Shown here piece after piece: positions 27,800 to 40,560 of a stretch of DNA of 64,000 nt (the stretch's first letter is position 1; each line of letters begins with the position of its first letter). Below the pieces are notes generated by a model that saw nothing but the letters and a program-made list of their open reading frames with translations, ran no database searches and had not been told where the DNA came from. The translations under genes and the position numbers were made by a program. The DNA is from Raillietiella orientalis (taxonomy: Eukaryota). Where the stretch lies: contig JAYWIR010000001.1 of NCBI GenBank assembly GCA_036172245.1, forward strand, positions 4,898,001 through 4,962,000, in the 5' to 3' direction.

Positions 27800-28960
27800 A
27801 ATCACGACTTTCGGGCACTTTTTCGGTCCACTTCGGCTTTTCGTCATCCAACAACTTACGTTACGAGCAGCTCACATCCTTTTCCCCGAAGTATAAACCC
27901 GAATGATGATGACGAGGCTTTCGGCGAGGAATGGCAAACTGTCCTCATTCGAACCCAGTTCAAGTTATTTTCGGTCATGAGAACTGCAGATGGATGACGG
28001 AAGATGCCCACGTATCTGACTTCTGAAAGCACGTCCTCCGGCACGCAGATCGAGTTCATGAATGGAGGATGCGATGTAGAAAGAGAATCGCAAAGTTCCA
28101 TTGGCTGGGCAAATACTTCTACTGATCCTAGAACTGTGTAACACTCCAGTATGTCTTGTTGCCTCGCCTGAAAGGAAACTGAACCGCGCTGCTTTTATAG
28201 TTTGGTGTTTCCAAAGCAGTTGCTTGGGCGATTCGTTGACAAACATGGCTGACGAATCTTTATTGGGGTCTCCAGCATCGTAGCCCACTTCATAATGGGT
28301 GTTCACGTTATGCAAGTGGTTTCCGGATAAGTAAAAGTTAATGAATCTGCAAAATGAGGCCCTGAAGACTGGTTGTCACAAAGACTTCAGTCTGGTGCTT
28401 ACCGATTACCCTAATTCTTTCCGTATCAAAATTATCACCATCATGAGCAAAAATAATGCAAGCAAAATTGTTAGCAAAAAATGTTGTGCTGTATCCATTA
28501 CACCTTTATACTTGGAAAATGTTCCCTAAGAAACAATTTTCCAAACACATGAGCACTACTTGCTGTCGCAAAGGAGTGACTTCCGTGTAATTTCCAGTTA
28601 CAAATAGCAGCATTCGTTCATTTCTCTCAATGACTAACAGTCATCATAACTACAGCCGTGTCGAGCAAATTTCCCTCCTACAACGATATCATCAAATTAC
28701 CATTTATTGAATGCCGAATGTGCCGTGGCAGACCAGAATAAGTTTCGCTGAGATAATCATCATTCCTGAAAATACTGGAACAATCACTATCCCGTCTCCA
28801 CAGCTTATTTCCGCTTTGTCAACAGGAGACAAAAAATCGTTCCTCCAGCAAGGGGAACCGTCGTTGCTCTTGCCAACTACACTGGTCAGCCTCCATGAGC
28901 CACATCCTATACTCGCAACTTGAGCAAGAATGAAACCCTCAAAAGTCCCCACAAGAGTGT
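27800..28960 (-). mobile_element. Decayed non-LTR RT, domains 0-7
   Basis: FLSPVDKAEISCGDGIV (cf. PIT..E..APG.DGI); LFLREHFPSI (RT3); QSSGPHFADSLTF (RT4); GYDAG..SSAMFVNE (cf. LAFADD); EVRYVGIF (cf. YLG). Confidence 0.6.
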
Positions 28961-29199
28961 TGAGAAATTCATAAGAGGATTCAAATAGGGGATTCGAAAA
29001 TTCGAAACTGGTAATCGATTAGGAAATCTATTAGCGATTCCGAATCCTCTAATTCTTTCCATTCCTTCCTGTAATTCTCTCGTAATTTCCTTACTTAATC
29101 TGGGTGCGATTCCTTTCCCTCACATCATGACTTCCACATCCGATCACCATGAATTCTAGAAGTTGCCATGAACTTCGCTGTTCAAGATTCAGCTCTCAG

Positions 29200-31780
29200 G
29201 CCGCAATCCAGTAATTCAGTTTTTTTTTTCCAACTTCACTGTGCCTTCCTTGCCACGAGCGGCTACCTAGCTTACCACCATCTCATAACTTCACCCGACG
29301 CGCACCGGAATGAGGTGTATGAGATGAGGATGAGAAGTATATTTACTTCACATCCACATTGCTCGTCATGCCACGGTAATTTCGTAGCCCAAACGGGCCC
29401 GGAGATATTCCTTGAAATGACGAACCGTAATCGAAAATCATGAACGGTAAGAGCACTCAACCCTCAGCATCCTTGTTTCAACAGCCCCTCAAATGGAGGC
29501 AGTGGTGAATTGCATTTCTGCTAGTCAACTGACCACAGGTTGCGTTTCCTCCGAACTCTGACATCCCATGCAAAATCGTCTCGTTCATCATACACCTTCA
29601 TAAGTCAGTGCTAAAGCTGACTGGACCACATCAGAGCAGTAACTTGCAGTTCCATCGCACCATTCCACCACGCATCTTTCACAATTTGCTTAGAGCTGCC
29701 AAATTCAGCCATTACGGCTCTTCCTTCTTACGCTTCCCCGAAATGCATAGTCCTCTTTAGAATGCACCATTTCACAAGGATGCCCATCACTGGGCGATTA
29801 CAGTAATCACTGATTTATTTTTTCTTGACGACCACGGGCGAACCGATTACTAGAAAAAAACAGTGCTCTCAACCTATTCTTCCTTGAAACAGACTCATAA
29901 ATCCAATGCCTGTTCCACTCCGACTGCTCCAATGACCAGCTCCTGCCCGAAAATGCAAATATCAGGATGAAATTTTTCCCGTATAACTCTCTCATTACAT
30001 CCCGTGTTCAATTGAACTCCTATCCCCTTTTCTGCCTACATCCATCCTTTCAAATGAATTTAAGGAAGTCATCATCCTATTTTTAAGCATTCTGATCCAT
30101 CCATCCTTACACTGTTTGAAGGTTTCTTCCTTCTTTCTTGTGAATTTCGCGTCCTCAAAAGATCGTTCTTGCCCTTCTAGTTATATGACTCTTAACCCCC
30201 CTCTAACTAGGAGCTGAGCCAATCACTCCGACTCGATAACTCATCAGACAGACAGTATTCATCATATTCTCTCTCTTTCTGATATTCCCCAGCCTCCCTC
30301 GCAGATATAAATACCACCACTCTACTAAATCTTAATCCATTAAACAGAGTCTATGGAAAGTCCACTGCTAAAATTTGCAAGCTCCATCTCCCAATAAGTT
30401 TCGTGGCTCCAATGAAACACCAATTTCCTTAATAGATATGTATATTTATTTAAAAAATGCATGTTATTCGCTATCTCTTTTTCCTCAGTGCAATCATTAC
30501 TTTCATGAAGTACTCCAACGGATTTGTAATCTCACAAGAGGCACACTCATAGACATCGGTTTACGCATCTCCGTCTGCCTTCCTTATTCTGTTACAGGAA
30601 ATACTACAGGGTTCTGGAAGGTTCGAATTGAAAGTTAATTATCCTATAGGCATCCTTAGTACTATGTAAGCAGGACAGGAAAACTTGGACAGAATGACTG
30701 TACCGACACTGGCAAGCTACCCTTATCAAAAATCTGTTCATAAATCCTCTTACAAGAGATTTCATCTGTTTGTAGAAACGGAACTAAGCCCACTGATTTC
30801 CACCACAGTCTGCATTCCATAAAATTCGAAATCCATGAAACGAACCAATAGAATGAAACACACTTGTAAACAGCCTCTCAAGTTTATTGCTCCAATCAGG
30901 ATCACGGTAATCAATGGTTTGTCCACATCCTGGATACCGAACCTAGGAATCACTATTGAGACTAGCATAGAACCAGTCGCAGCATTCAGAATTCCATGCT
31001 TTGGTACAATGGTGCCTGCCTCGACTCACGATCAGTTGAGCTCATGAACACATGGATTGTATTTTGGACACGGCCGCCCAGACTGCCCCCTGTCGGGCCA
31101 ACCGACATTTTATTTTTCTACAGGAAACATCCAGAATTTCGGTGGGTTTGCTACTGCCTGATTCTTCACCAACCAGCGGCAGAAAGGCACATTCATCAGT
31201 AGGCAAGCTCCGTTTCCGAAAAACCATCTACAAAACAGGTACCGATGCTGCTCTTAGCTTCCAGCCTTCCGTCGAAGTGCTGTCCACGTGGTAACCTCTG
31301 TAGAATCACTCACACGGAAACATATCTCCATATCTGCCGCCACGTGGCGAAGCAACCCGCAGATCACATCACCTTGGATCACGAGGTGCTCGTGACTCAT
31401 CATCACAGACTGCAACCTTTACCGATGAGCCACCCTCTGAAGCAACCATTGCCCGAGGGCGGCTCCAGAGAACAAATCTATCCTCGAGTTTGCATGAGCA
31501 GAGACGTTGTGAAGCCATGCTCTGCATGCCACCGCATCATCAACCCAGTCTTCAGGCAAATCGAAAGATGGCCGATTTAAGAAACTGAATCGTCACAGCA
31601 GGCATGATGAAGCACTCGAGTTCTTCTGAGCATTGTGCTCTCGCTGTTTCCTTGCTCAACTCTTGCCGAGCACAGTCCATCGCGGAGTCAGGACACGCGA
31701 CTTGAGCACGTAAGAACGGATCACCTTCACGTGCCCCCCACACGTGCCCGTGAATTCGGGCCTTCAGACGAGTCACAAAG
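29200..31780 (-). mobile_element. Decayed Ty3/gypsy LTR retrotransposon (possible gag and protease, RT)
   Basis: GSPVVVKKK (29821-29850; cf. SPVVLVKKKDG); SKQIVKDAWW (~29665-29695; cf. SKLDLKDAFW); QSALALTYEGV**TRRFCMGCQSS (cf. KTAF.T..G.Y.F.RMPFGL.NA); upstream knuckle-like VFRKRSLPTDEC (~31190-31225). No LTR pair found. Confidence 0.65.
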
Positions 31781-32199
31781 TGTGAAACGACTAACCAATA
31801 TACAGCAGAAAATGGAAGAGAATGAAAGGAAAGAGGAAAGGAGAGGGAAGAATCAGTTTCGGAGGGAACCCCTCCCGTCTTATGCGGAACCTATTTCTGT
31901 TCCCGTCCCATCCTACCCATCCCCACCCATTCAACGAGACCGGTGACGGTGGCTGGCTAAATGAACCCGTTTCCCCGAGTACAAGAACGACAGCACTTGC
32001 AAGGATATGGGGAGATTGGAGGAGGGGAAGGGGGAAGCTAGAGTCCCGCTCTTTCTCCCCTCTTCCTCTTTCCTTCGTTTCGTCTCTTCCTATCGCCGCT
32101 GGACGTCTGGGCGCCTACAGTCGTTCGTTCTTGTTGTTGTTGTCCGTTGTAGAGTTGATCACAGATGAATAAATGAGAAAGACGCTTGAAAAAAAAAAA

Positions 32200-32700
32200 A
32201 AGAAGTGTGAGCTCATCTTCGTGAGATACCCTGTCCGTATCTGCATCGTCACAAAAGCTTCCGGCGTGATGAATGCTGTGCGTTCCTTCTTCGGATCTCA
32301 ATATTCCTTTCTCGACAGCCATCACAATCACCCTTACACAATAAAACTGTGACAAGCCTGAGCTTAGGTTGATCTCGTCACTACTCCAAATGACCAAAAT
32401 CACTTCAGCATACGGCACTCTCGGCACATCCTGGATGCTGAGAGGGCATCACGTGACCAAAATGCCGGCTTTGGGGATACCAACTGCCAATTCAAAACAT
32501 TCGTTTGCTGCAAACCACAGGCATTGCAAACCACATGGATCTTGAGATGGTGGATCCGACGAACCACTCTGGTTCCAGCCAAACACGAACCAAATCGCAC
32601 AGCATCATTCACGGAAGCGTGCCAGACGTCAAGAATCTTCTATTTCTCTTAGATAGCTGATTTGATATCCAAGTCGCATGCTTTTGCATCAACTGCAGCT
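32200..32700 (-). mobile_element. R2-like CCHC and start of RLE
   Basis: LQQTNVLNW...FWSRDALSASRMCRECRM (cf. N.L.T..R..CR.C); MAVEKGILRSEEGTH (cf. G..V.EEP). Confidence 0.55.
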
Positions 32701-33649
32701 TTTGTGGTAATCTGGAAATTATTCTTGGGCCGCTCTCGTTTCTAGACTGCAGCATCTCTCACCAAAATTTGTGACTACACGTAAAGAAAATCGATTCCCT
32801 ATCCTTCTCACCCAGCCAGACTGAATTCTACAGTTCGGGCCGCTGCAAAGCACGAATTCTAAAGGAGATTCAAGGAAACTCTTTCGTCAAAACTGGAAAG
32901 TTCGGCAATCTTTTACTCCTTTAAGAGGAAAAGCATGTCATCCAGGGCGATCGAAGTACCAATGTAATAGCAGGGCAGAGTTCATCTTACGCTGCTGATG
33001 AGGAAATTTTATCCAAAATTTTTTACTAGTACCTGAATTCTTATTCTTTATTGCTCAGAAGAATGTCACTTGACTATGCACACATCTGATGCTGGGTCTT
33101 TCTTGTTCACTGTTAGTACTTCATACCCAGCAATGTTTGGTTTCTCTCGCAGAAGGTGCTCTTTATTTATGCTTCTCGCTTGGTTACCTACATTTTTTTC
33201 TTTTTTTAATGTATCATTTCTCACTCAGAAGTCACATCAGTCCTGACGAGCAGCCATTGCAACTAATAATGTGATAAAAGAACAATATGTAATTAAGCCG
33301 CATCCCTCGCAACCCATCTGTCATTCGGCCAATTCTTCAAGCTACGGAAGACGGTAGTAACTGGCTGCGACTGCAAGAGGTTCATGCCATCTTTTCCTCG
33401 TAAGCCATACCTTACTTAAAACCCAATGTCAAAAAAGCTACGAGCTCTAAGATTAGCAGCTCCAAGATTAGTTTACTGATTCTTTGTCCGTGTTTTTTGG
33501 CTGTTTTCAAGTAATCAAAGAAGCCAGTCTTTCCGGGGAACGTGACCGACTAGCCAGCGTTTTTTTCCTCCCGAATCATCTGTATCCTTTTCCACATAGT
33601 TTCTCGTGTCTAACTTTTCCATTTTTTTTTTTTTTTTGATGGTAAATTT

Positions 33650-35000
33650 GAAATCTACCATTCACTCTTTCGCTTAACCTGACCCTTGGGTTCAAGCTCA
33701 GTATCTGACACGCGACTTGCTGGGCGAGCTAACGGTCTCCTTAACTCGTAAATCATTACACTGAACATGGGATTCTGCCACATTGATTCAGCCTCTCGAA
33801 TTGACTCGTGTATTTCGCTGCTGGCTCGGAGACTGGAATCAAGCAAAAATCATGTCAAGCAGCCCAAGGTGAGGCAGGACCTCAATTCGACGCAACGCAG
33901 CACACTATATGGGCTTCCATCGCTATCGTAAGATAAGCGCCGTCGCTATAAACGAGCCAGTTCTTCGCTGTTGTTGTTGTTCAAGACAAAGACCTCAAGT
34001 GTTTGAAATTAAAATTTCTGTGTTGGTCTGATCCCGGAAACCTTTTTTAGGCTCAAATAAATAACGACCGACACACACTGGCAAAAACTGGTCATCGCTA
34101 ATTCACCCATCTACAACTTACCTTCCACTTCCACTACAGCCCGCGAGCGGTCTCCATTCGTTCGCTCGCCGAGAAAAAAAAGCGCGCGTTCTGCGCACGG
34201 CTTCCAACGTTTCGGCCTGGCCGAAGATGGCTGGAAGATTTCGTGGCTGCTGCGAGTTGCTTCTCGTCCAGCACCGTGTCACTGGTCGGGAGATGAGAAA
34301 CGAAAACTAAAGGCGCGTTTCCATGGGAGCAGGGCCCCGCGTAGAAGACACCCCGTTTATCTCGAAGCAAGTCGAGTCTTGGGTTTCTGCACAGTGCGTT
34401 TCAGCTCAAGAGCGTTCCGCGTGGTCCTGAAACGTGGACCAAATAACCACGATTCGAGCCATTCTGACCAATTGTCATCGTTTGTATTCATCTTCTGCTC
34501 TTTGGCTGCTGCGCAGCTTCCGAAACCGTGGCACTTCTTTGAAGTGGTGAGTCGCACCCACCGACTGCTCTGGAAAGGCTAACGTCGCTCAGCCGGCCAC
34601 TTGAGAGCCATCTGCGATCTGCCACTCGGAGAGTTCGAAGACACTTTGTGAAACCCGAAGGAGGAAACTCTGGCCGGCGCTTTCGGCAGCAGGTCTTCCC
34701 ATTGCCCTGGACAAGCATAAGAGAAGAAAGCTTCCAGCATCGGATGACGATCCATCTTCCATGTGCAAGGGCTGATTTCCGTTCGGTTTCGGAAAATCGT
34801 CCATGGGACGAAGCTGCTGCCAGCGCAACCACTCAAGTGGTCCACGATCCGATCTGATTTCGCAGTTGCTGCAGCCGCTAGCATGCTCAGAACAAGTAGG
34901 GATGGCGACCTCTTCGTTCCTCGTCGCCGGATCACACATCCAAAACAAACATGCAGTTGGAATCGGGAGAGCAAAACGCCAGATCGGGAAAGGAAGGAGC
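33650..35000 (-). mobile_element. Decayed Utopia/NeSL-like RT
   Basis: WKLSSLMLVQGNGKTCCRKRRPEFPPSGFTKCLRTLRVADRRWLSSGRLSDVSLSRAVGGCDS (cf. WK.S..LI.K.GD..WRPI.L..YK..RL..W..S..Q.GF..GC.E); WSEWLESWLFG (cf. WLDL.NAFG); GVFYAGPCS (RT4). Confidence 0.7.
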
Positions 35001-35537
35001 TTCTGGAAGTTCTCATGAAGTTCTGCTTCTTTGGCTTGTTCTACTGTCCTCGCGACAGCTGCTCCATTTCACCGCGTGCATTCGCTGAAAGAGTCTGCAG
35101 CTGCCTGCTGAACAGAGGCTTGGAAGAATGTCACCTACAGTCCGCGGAACCTGGATTAATTGCAGATGCACGAGGAAGCATCCCGAAACGCTCGCCGCCG
35201 GCTTTACTTAGCTGCCACGCAAGATTTTGACGGCGCGGGAGTCGGCCAACGGGAAGCGGCTCACTGAGGCTCCGGATCGACTTGAAGAAGGGACCTTCGA
35301 AGCTGTTCGGAGAAGAAGGACCTCCTTTCCTGCGGATCCTCATCGCTTCGAATTGGCCTCGCGCCGCTCGACGAGCTCGCCTTTCGAAACTCCCTCGGTG
35401 GATCCACGAAAGCCGGACCGTGCTAACTTAAATGACCGCAGGAGTTTTTGTGCATCCTACAGAATGATCGCTCGTCCGAGGTGCAGCAGGGTTTCTACAA
35501 GATAAAGAGTGGTCCTTTCACGTGCCTCTACATCTGT

Positions 35538-36960
35538 GTGGGCCGCGTGGAGTAGAGATTGACGTCAGCAGTCCCATGAGCATTCGCTTTTTTTTGGCCC
35601 CCTTTTTTTGGTTCTTCAAGTGCTGAAGGACCGTAGAGTGTGGCCCCTACAGAGGCGAACAGCCCAGAGTGTTCGACACCGTCCACGTCACCAGGGTGTG
35701 ACTCTTCAAGTTGTGGGAACCCCAGCTCATATCGTTTCGACGGTAACCACGTAGACGGTTCTACTGGACCCGATGAAGGAAGTGGGCATCGGGCTAGGGA
35801 GAAGTGCAAGAAGGAGAGAGGAGATGGAACTGCTCCTGGACAGAGGTCCGCTCTGTCTGGGCGCAGTCTGCTCGAGAGGGAACAACCGAAGAAGTGAGAG
35901 CCACGCAGCGTCCCCCCTGGACCGGGCAAGAAGTGCCCAGGTGACTCCGTCCGCCCGCGATCGCGGCGGAGTGAACTCCTCCGTGCGGACCGCTGCGACG
36001 TCGCCCGCTGCCCCTTTGGGTCACGTGGAGTATGATTGGCGTCAGCAGTCCCCATGAGAACTGGTTCTCTAAGTGCTGAAGGACTCTTTCGCCTCCGTTA
36101 GGGGGTCTCCCCTACAGAAGTGAGCACAGCCCAATCTGTGCTCGCTTGGGCTGTGCTTTCTGACACCTCGCTGTCTGACACCGTCCATGCCTCCTGAAAG
36201 TGCATGCTGCTCTTCAAGTTATAGGGGGCAACCCCGGAGAGACCACCCTATGAGTCCAGGAAGGTCCCGAGGGAAGGAGTCCGTCCCTCTTACGCATGGT
36301 AGGCTGATGCCCATGGGCATCGACAAGGAGGTGCTGCTGGTAGGGACATTTTAACCGATGCAGGACTCCATATGTGAATGGAAGACCGGGCTGGGAGTCG
36401 TTGTCAGTGAGAAGGATGCCCCCGTTTCTCCAGAGTAAAGAATGTTGTTTCCACGGTGGTGTTCACTTGTAGTCGTGCGTCCTGGACCTGGAAGTGGATG
36501 CAGAGCTAAGGAGGAGTGCAGGGAAAAGGGAGGAGACGGAACTGCGCCAGGTCAGACGGAGCAGCCGAAGAAGGGAGCGCCACATCGCGTCTCCCCTCTG
36601 GACCAGGCAGGAGGGCGGACGGAATCACCCGGGCGATTCCAGGCTGACTGAACGCCGACGCCGACGACATCATGCGGGCCTCCGCGACCTCGCCCCACTC
36701 TCCCCGGCGGAGGGAGCTGCACGCGTGCAGATAGGCTCAGGAGGGAAAGGGGCGGGTCGACCTACTTTGGCGGGTCGGCGACGCGTCGATCTCGGCGCCG
36801 CTGCGGCAATCCTCGCAGGAGCCCGGGACGCCTCGCTGCTCCCTGAGATTCGTTGGGAGGAGGTCGGTAGCCAGCAGAGGCCACGCGAGAGAGCTCGAGG
36901 GGAAGGCTCTTTCCTCCCCCGCCCGCCGCGCTCTCCATAGCAACAACCCTGCGGACGTCC
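35538..36960 (-). mobile_element. Two tandem diverged RLE (PD..D nuclease) segments without RT; the second is preceded by a CCHC-region relic
   Basis: ORF 35528-36055 reads SRLRPDRADL...ARCPLP...SKRYELGFPQLEE...VDGVEHSGLFASVG (RLE motif order). 35538-35956 and 36016-36634 are diverged direct copies (shared CGTCAGCAGTCCC, AAGTGCTGAAGGAC, GACACCGTCCA, CTCTTCAAGTT). Confidence 0.65.
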
Positions 36961-38949
36961 TTGCGCTCCGAGCGACGGACGCTAGGAGCAGGGAGCGCGT
37001 CCTCGACTCGAGTCGGCACACCGGTGAGCGAGCAGATGGAATCCTGGGAGGTTCAGGAGGGTGGATCGCCGCATTCTTTGAGCGGGAGAAAGAAAGGCAG
37101 AGGAGGGAGGGAAGACTGAGCTGGGGAGCGAATGTTTGGCTGCTCCTCTCCCTCCCCTTTACAAAAAAAAAAGGAAAAAAGACCCACCGTTTTGAAGGGA
37201 GACGCAGTGGAACCTTTGCTTAGAAGCCATCACATACGCCTACGAGTCTTTATTTATCCCCCCCCCCCTTCCCACCTCACTTTCACTTTCCACACAGTCC
37301 CGCGCGTAAATATTTACGGCTGGGCTCGGGTTACGCGCCCCGGCCGGCTCCCGAGGAGCTCACTGCCCCGGTCCCTCACCTCGCGGGCACTCACTGGAGT
37401 TCCGGGGAGAGCAGTCCGGGCCGTAGGGCGCTTCCTGCTCTGGGCCCGGAGCCCGTCGGGGAAGGGGGAGGAAGGAATTGTGCGCGCGGGCGGAAGGGAG
37501 GAGGAAGGGATGGACCAATTCGGGAAGAGCCAGGGAGGGGAGGAAAAAAGCGACAGCCACGGGCAGCTTCGCGAAGCGGGCAAATCGCCCTCCTCCGCCC
37601 CTGCGCCGCTTGGTCGCGCTCCTGCGAGCGCCGTTCGATCGCTCCCAAGTAGGGCAAGCAGCGCGTTTTCCAGGCAACAGGGGAGGGCCACCGTTCCAAG
37701 GTGTGAATTCCCTTCCCCCGGACTTGCGAATTCGAGCGGTTCTGTTGCCCCCGATCCCACCCCTATGCCGGATGGAGCCACCCGGCGGCAGAGCCGTTCG
37801 CGAGGAAACGGCAACGTTCCTCCTCCCCTACTTCCTTCCCCAAGGGTGCTCCGCCTGGTTTCCTCGGCAACGCCAGAGCGAATTCCCCGTTTCCGGCAGG
37901 AGCGGTGGGGTCTCCCGCATGCTCAGGGATGGATGGAAAACGCGAGAGTGGAGTCCGAGGTGGAGTCGCGGTCTCGCCTGAGGGCTCACCCAGAGGAAAG
38001 CGTCCACCCAGAGCTGGGAGGCTGCTCCCTACGTCCTCTGCTCTCCTACGTGGAAGAGGAAGGGGGAGGGAGGAACGCGCGCGCGGCCTCTCCCGGAAGT
38101 GGAAGACGGGAACGTCAATCGCGAGTTGTGGCGGACAAGGGCCCCTCTGTCGAGCGTGCCACCCAGGACGGGGCGCGTCACGGGAGGGAGGAAGGAGGAG
38201 GAAGAGGGGCAGGCGTCACTCGGATTCGGGAACCGCGAGCTCACCACTCTGCGTGGGGTTCCTCGGTCTCCACACCCCCGCCGAATGCCTTGATGTGCCG
38301 AAAGAGAGCGACTCAGCAGTCCGTTGCCGCCATCAAAAGAGCTGCCGAGATCCCTTCCGCCTGTGGAGCCAGCCGACTGGCCGCCGAGGCACGCGCGCTC
38401 TCCGGAGGACCAGCGACTCCCTGCCCGAATGGCGGATCCGGAAGATCCGCCAGATTCCGTGGAAGCTCCTCGGCCGACAGGAGACCGGCGCTGAGGGGTC
38501 CATCCTAGGGGGGGCTGGCGCTCTCATCAGCCTTCCTCTTTCCTCCTGAGGGGAAGAGGTCCAGTCTCTTCCCCCTCCTCCCTTCCTTTCCCCTCCCCTT
38601 CATCCTCTCCAGGCTCTCTCCTTCCGGGGCGAAAGAAAACGAAGCCAAGCCTCATCACGGAGACGACAAGGAAAGCTCCAGGAAGCTTCCCGTTCAGCAT
38701 CCAGCGAGAAGTGGAGGGGGTGAGAGTGACGCGGAGGTGGCAGTCCACAGAAACGAACCCCGAAGCTACCACTCGCAGTTTCGGCGGTGCTCATCGTTTA
38801 TAAAAAGAAAAACACACACACAAGAGAGATCGAAAAGGCACTGGGAGGATGTGGAGCTGCCTGAGAGGAAGAAGAAATAAAGAAGGACCTTGCCTCTGAA
38901 CGAAAGGTGCCGAGCACTCTCCCGGGAGGGAAGGGGGGGCATTCGATCT

Positions 38950-40560
38950 CTGGGCGGGGATGATGTCGATCGCGATAGCGTGGCAGCAACCCATCCGGGG
39001 ATGGAAGGTCCCTCCGAATCCCGGAAGATCAAGCAGGGCGGCGCAGCCAGCAAGCCAAGCTGCGGCGGCATCTCTTCCGCCTGTCCCTTGTCTTCGCCTT
39101 GCGTGGCGCAGCGCCGCTCACCGCTGTTGGATTTTTCCATGTCTGCCAGAGAAATCATGGGGCGCGTTACCAAGTCCAGGGTCCAGCTGGTATTGCGGCT
39201 CTGTCGGATACACGAGGCGTCCATTAGGTGCTTCGTCTCCACACACTGCCGCCGGACACCAAGATGCTGGAGCATCGCACCGTTCCGCGGACCGCACGCT
39301 CTTAGCGATCCAACGTGAACTTTGACCGATGACCCATCCTGAGAGTTGCTTGGCAACAGCAGCACCTTCTGAGCAGTGCTGAATGCTTCCTCACCACTCT
39401 AAATGGGCACGCAACATCCAGAATTACCCTTTTGTAGCTGCCCTCTGTAGCATCAGGTCAGGCTGCAGAGTGGATCCCACAACAGATATCGTCCAATCCC
39501 CAACACCAGGTCCGGGCATGGGGTGGATCCCACAGCACGGATTTGTCCATTCTCTGACCGCACCTTCTATTTTGCGGTGCAAGCCGCAGCCATCTTCAGA
39601 GCTTCCTCAACCTCCTCGTACCTTGCTGCCTGCGCGCGGCTGTCTCGCTCAGTGGTTCTCCATGTGAGGCAGAGCTTCCGTCCAGATTACGCAGCGCTGG
39701 CAGAATTGGTCGGCTTCTCTTCTTGCTGACCTTGCGCCTCTGAGATGCGATCGAGGTCTTCCTGTGCTCGGGAGAAGATCTGCTGCCGGCTCGCGCAGGA
39801 GCGCCGCAGCAAAGAGGAATATGGGGGGGGGGGGACGCTAGTCGCCCTCTGGAAATGGCACCCCCGGGGATGGGAAGCAGGGATTCCCGGCCGCGTGATT
39901 TCGCTCCAGGGAAACATCACTTGCTTCCCAGCCTGCTTCTTCTGGAAGGCAGCGCACCCTGAGGCGGGAAGAACCGCTCCGTAGAAAAGGACGGAGCGTG
40001 CAGCGCACGTCCGACGACAGAGACTCTGGCGACGAAGAAGGAAAGCGGGGAAGTCGAGCACCGCCCCTCCGGAAAAACGGCGGTCTGCGCGCGGAGAACT
40101 GAGCTTCCCGCTCGCTCCTTCGGATCGCCTATCTGACGCGACCTTTTGATGACCTCCTTCCTTCCGCAGCGGAGGAGAGCTAGAGTGACCGGCGTCCTCC
40201 GAAACGTGGCCGACGCCCGAGGAGAGCGGTGTGGTGACGTGCACGCCAGTTGCCTGCTTGCTTGGCCCATCCTGAGGGTCCTGCGACCGGGGGACGCTCC
40301 AAGGACCGCTTGTTGCTCGCGGCCGAGGTTCTGGAGAAACTTTCCGTCTCCCGCGGTTAAGGGGAAGCGTCCACTCGTACGGCAGAGAGACTCTCTGGAA
40401 CGCGCTGGCGTCCTTCCTAGGAAGGCGCGAGGTGCGAGCTGGGGGTTTCGAGGGAAAGAAAGGAGCCTTTCTTTGCCCTCCCAGTTTTCCGCCGACCACC
40501 CCTCACAGGCGCCGAGGACCTGTTGCCTGTCCGCAGACTCGCAGACCCCGTAGCTCCGGT
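38950..40560 (-). mobile_element. Utopia/NeSL-like 3' half: thumb and best-preserved RLE in the window
   Basis: VGSTLQPDLMLQ / KRVILDVACPF (39401-39480, one frameshift; cf. LRPDLV..IIDVTCPF); VHVGSLRACGPRNGAMLQHLGVRRQCVETKHLMDASCIRQSRNT (cf. IVGALGAW.P.N..L..LG+.R.Y..LM.S..I..SR.IY); upstream QQVLG and PQLAPRAFL. Confidence 0.8.

Noticed and set aside
28700-28955. Gypsy integrase zinc finger (DGIVIVP...VCHGTFG)
   Set aside because: Better explained as non-LTR RT domain 0, because RT3, RT4, RT5 and RT7-like motifs follow in order.
37132-38508. Longest ORF (458 aa, +) as a protein gene
   Set aside because: R/G/S/P/A-rich with no recognisable domain, in GC-rich DNA with several open frames. 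It crosses homopolymer tracts, and the frame is not kept in the homologous 44.6-46.6 kb region.
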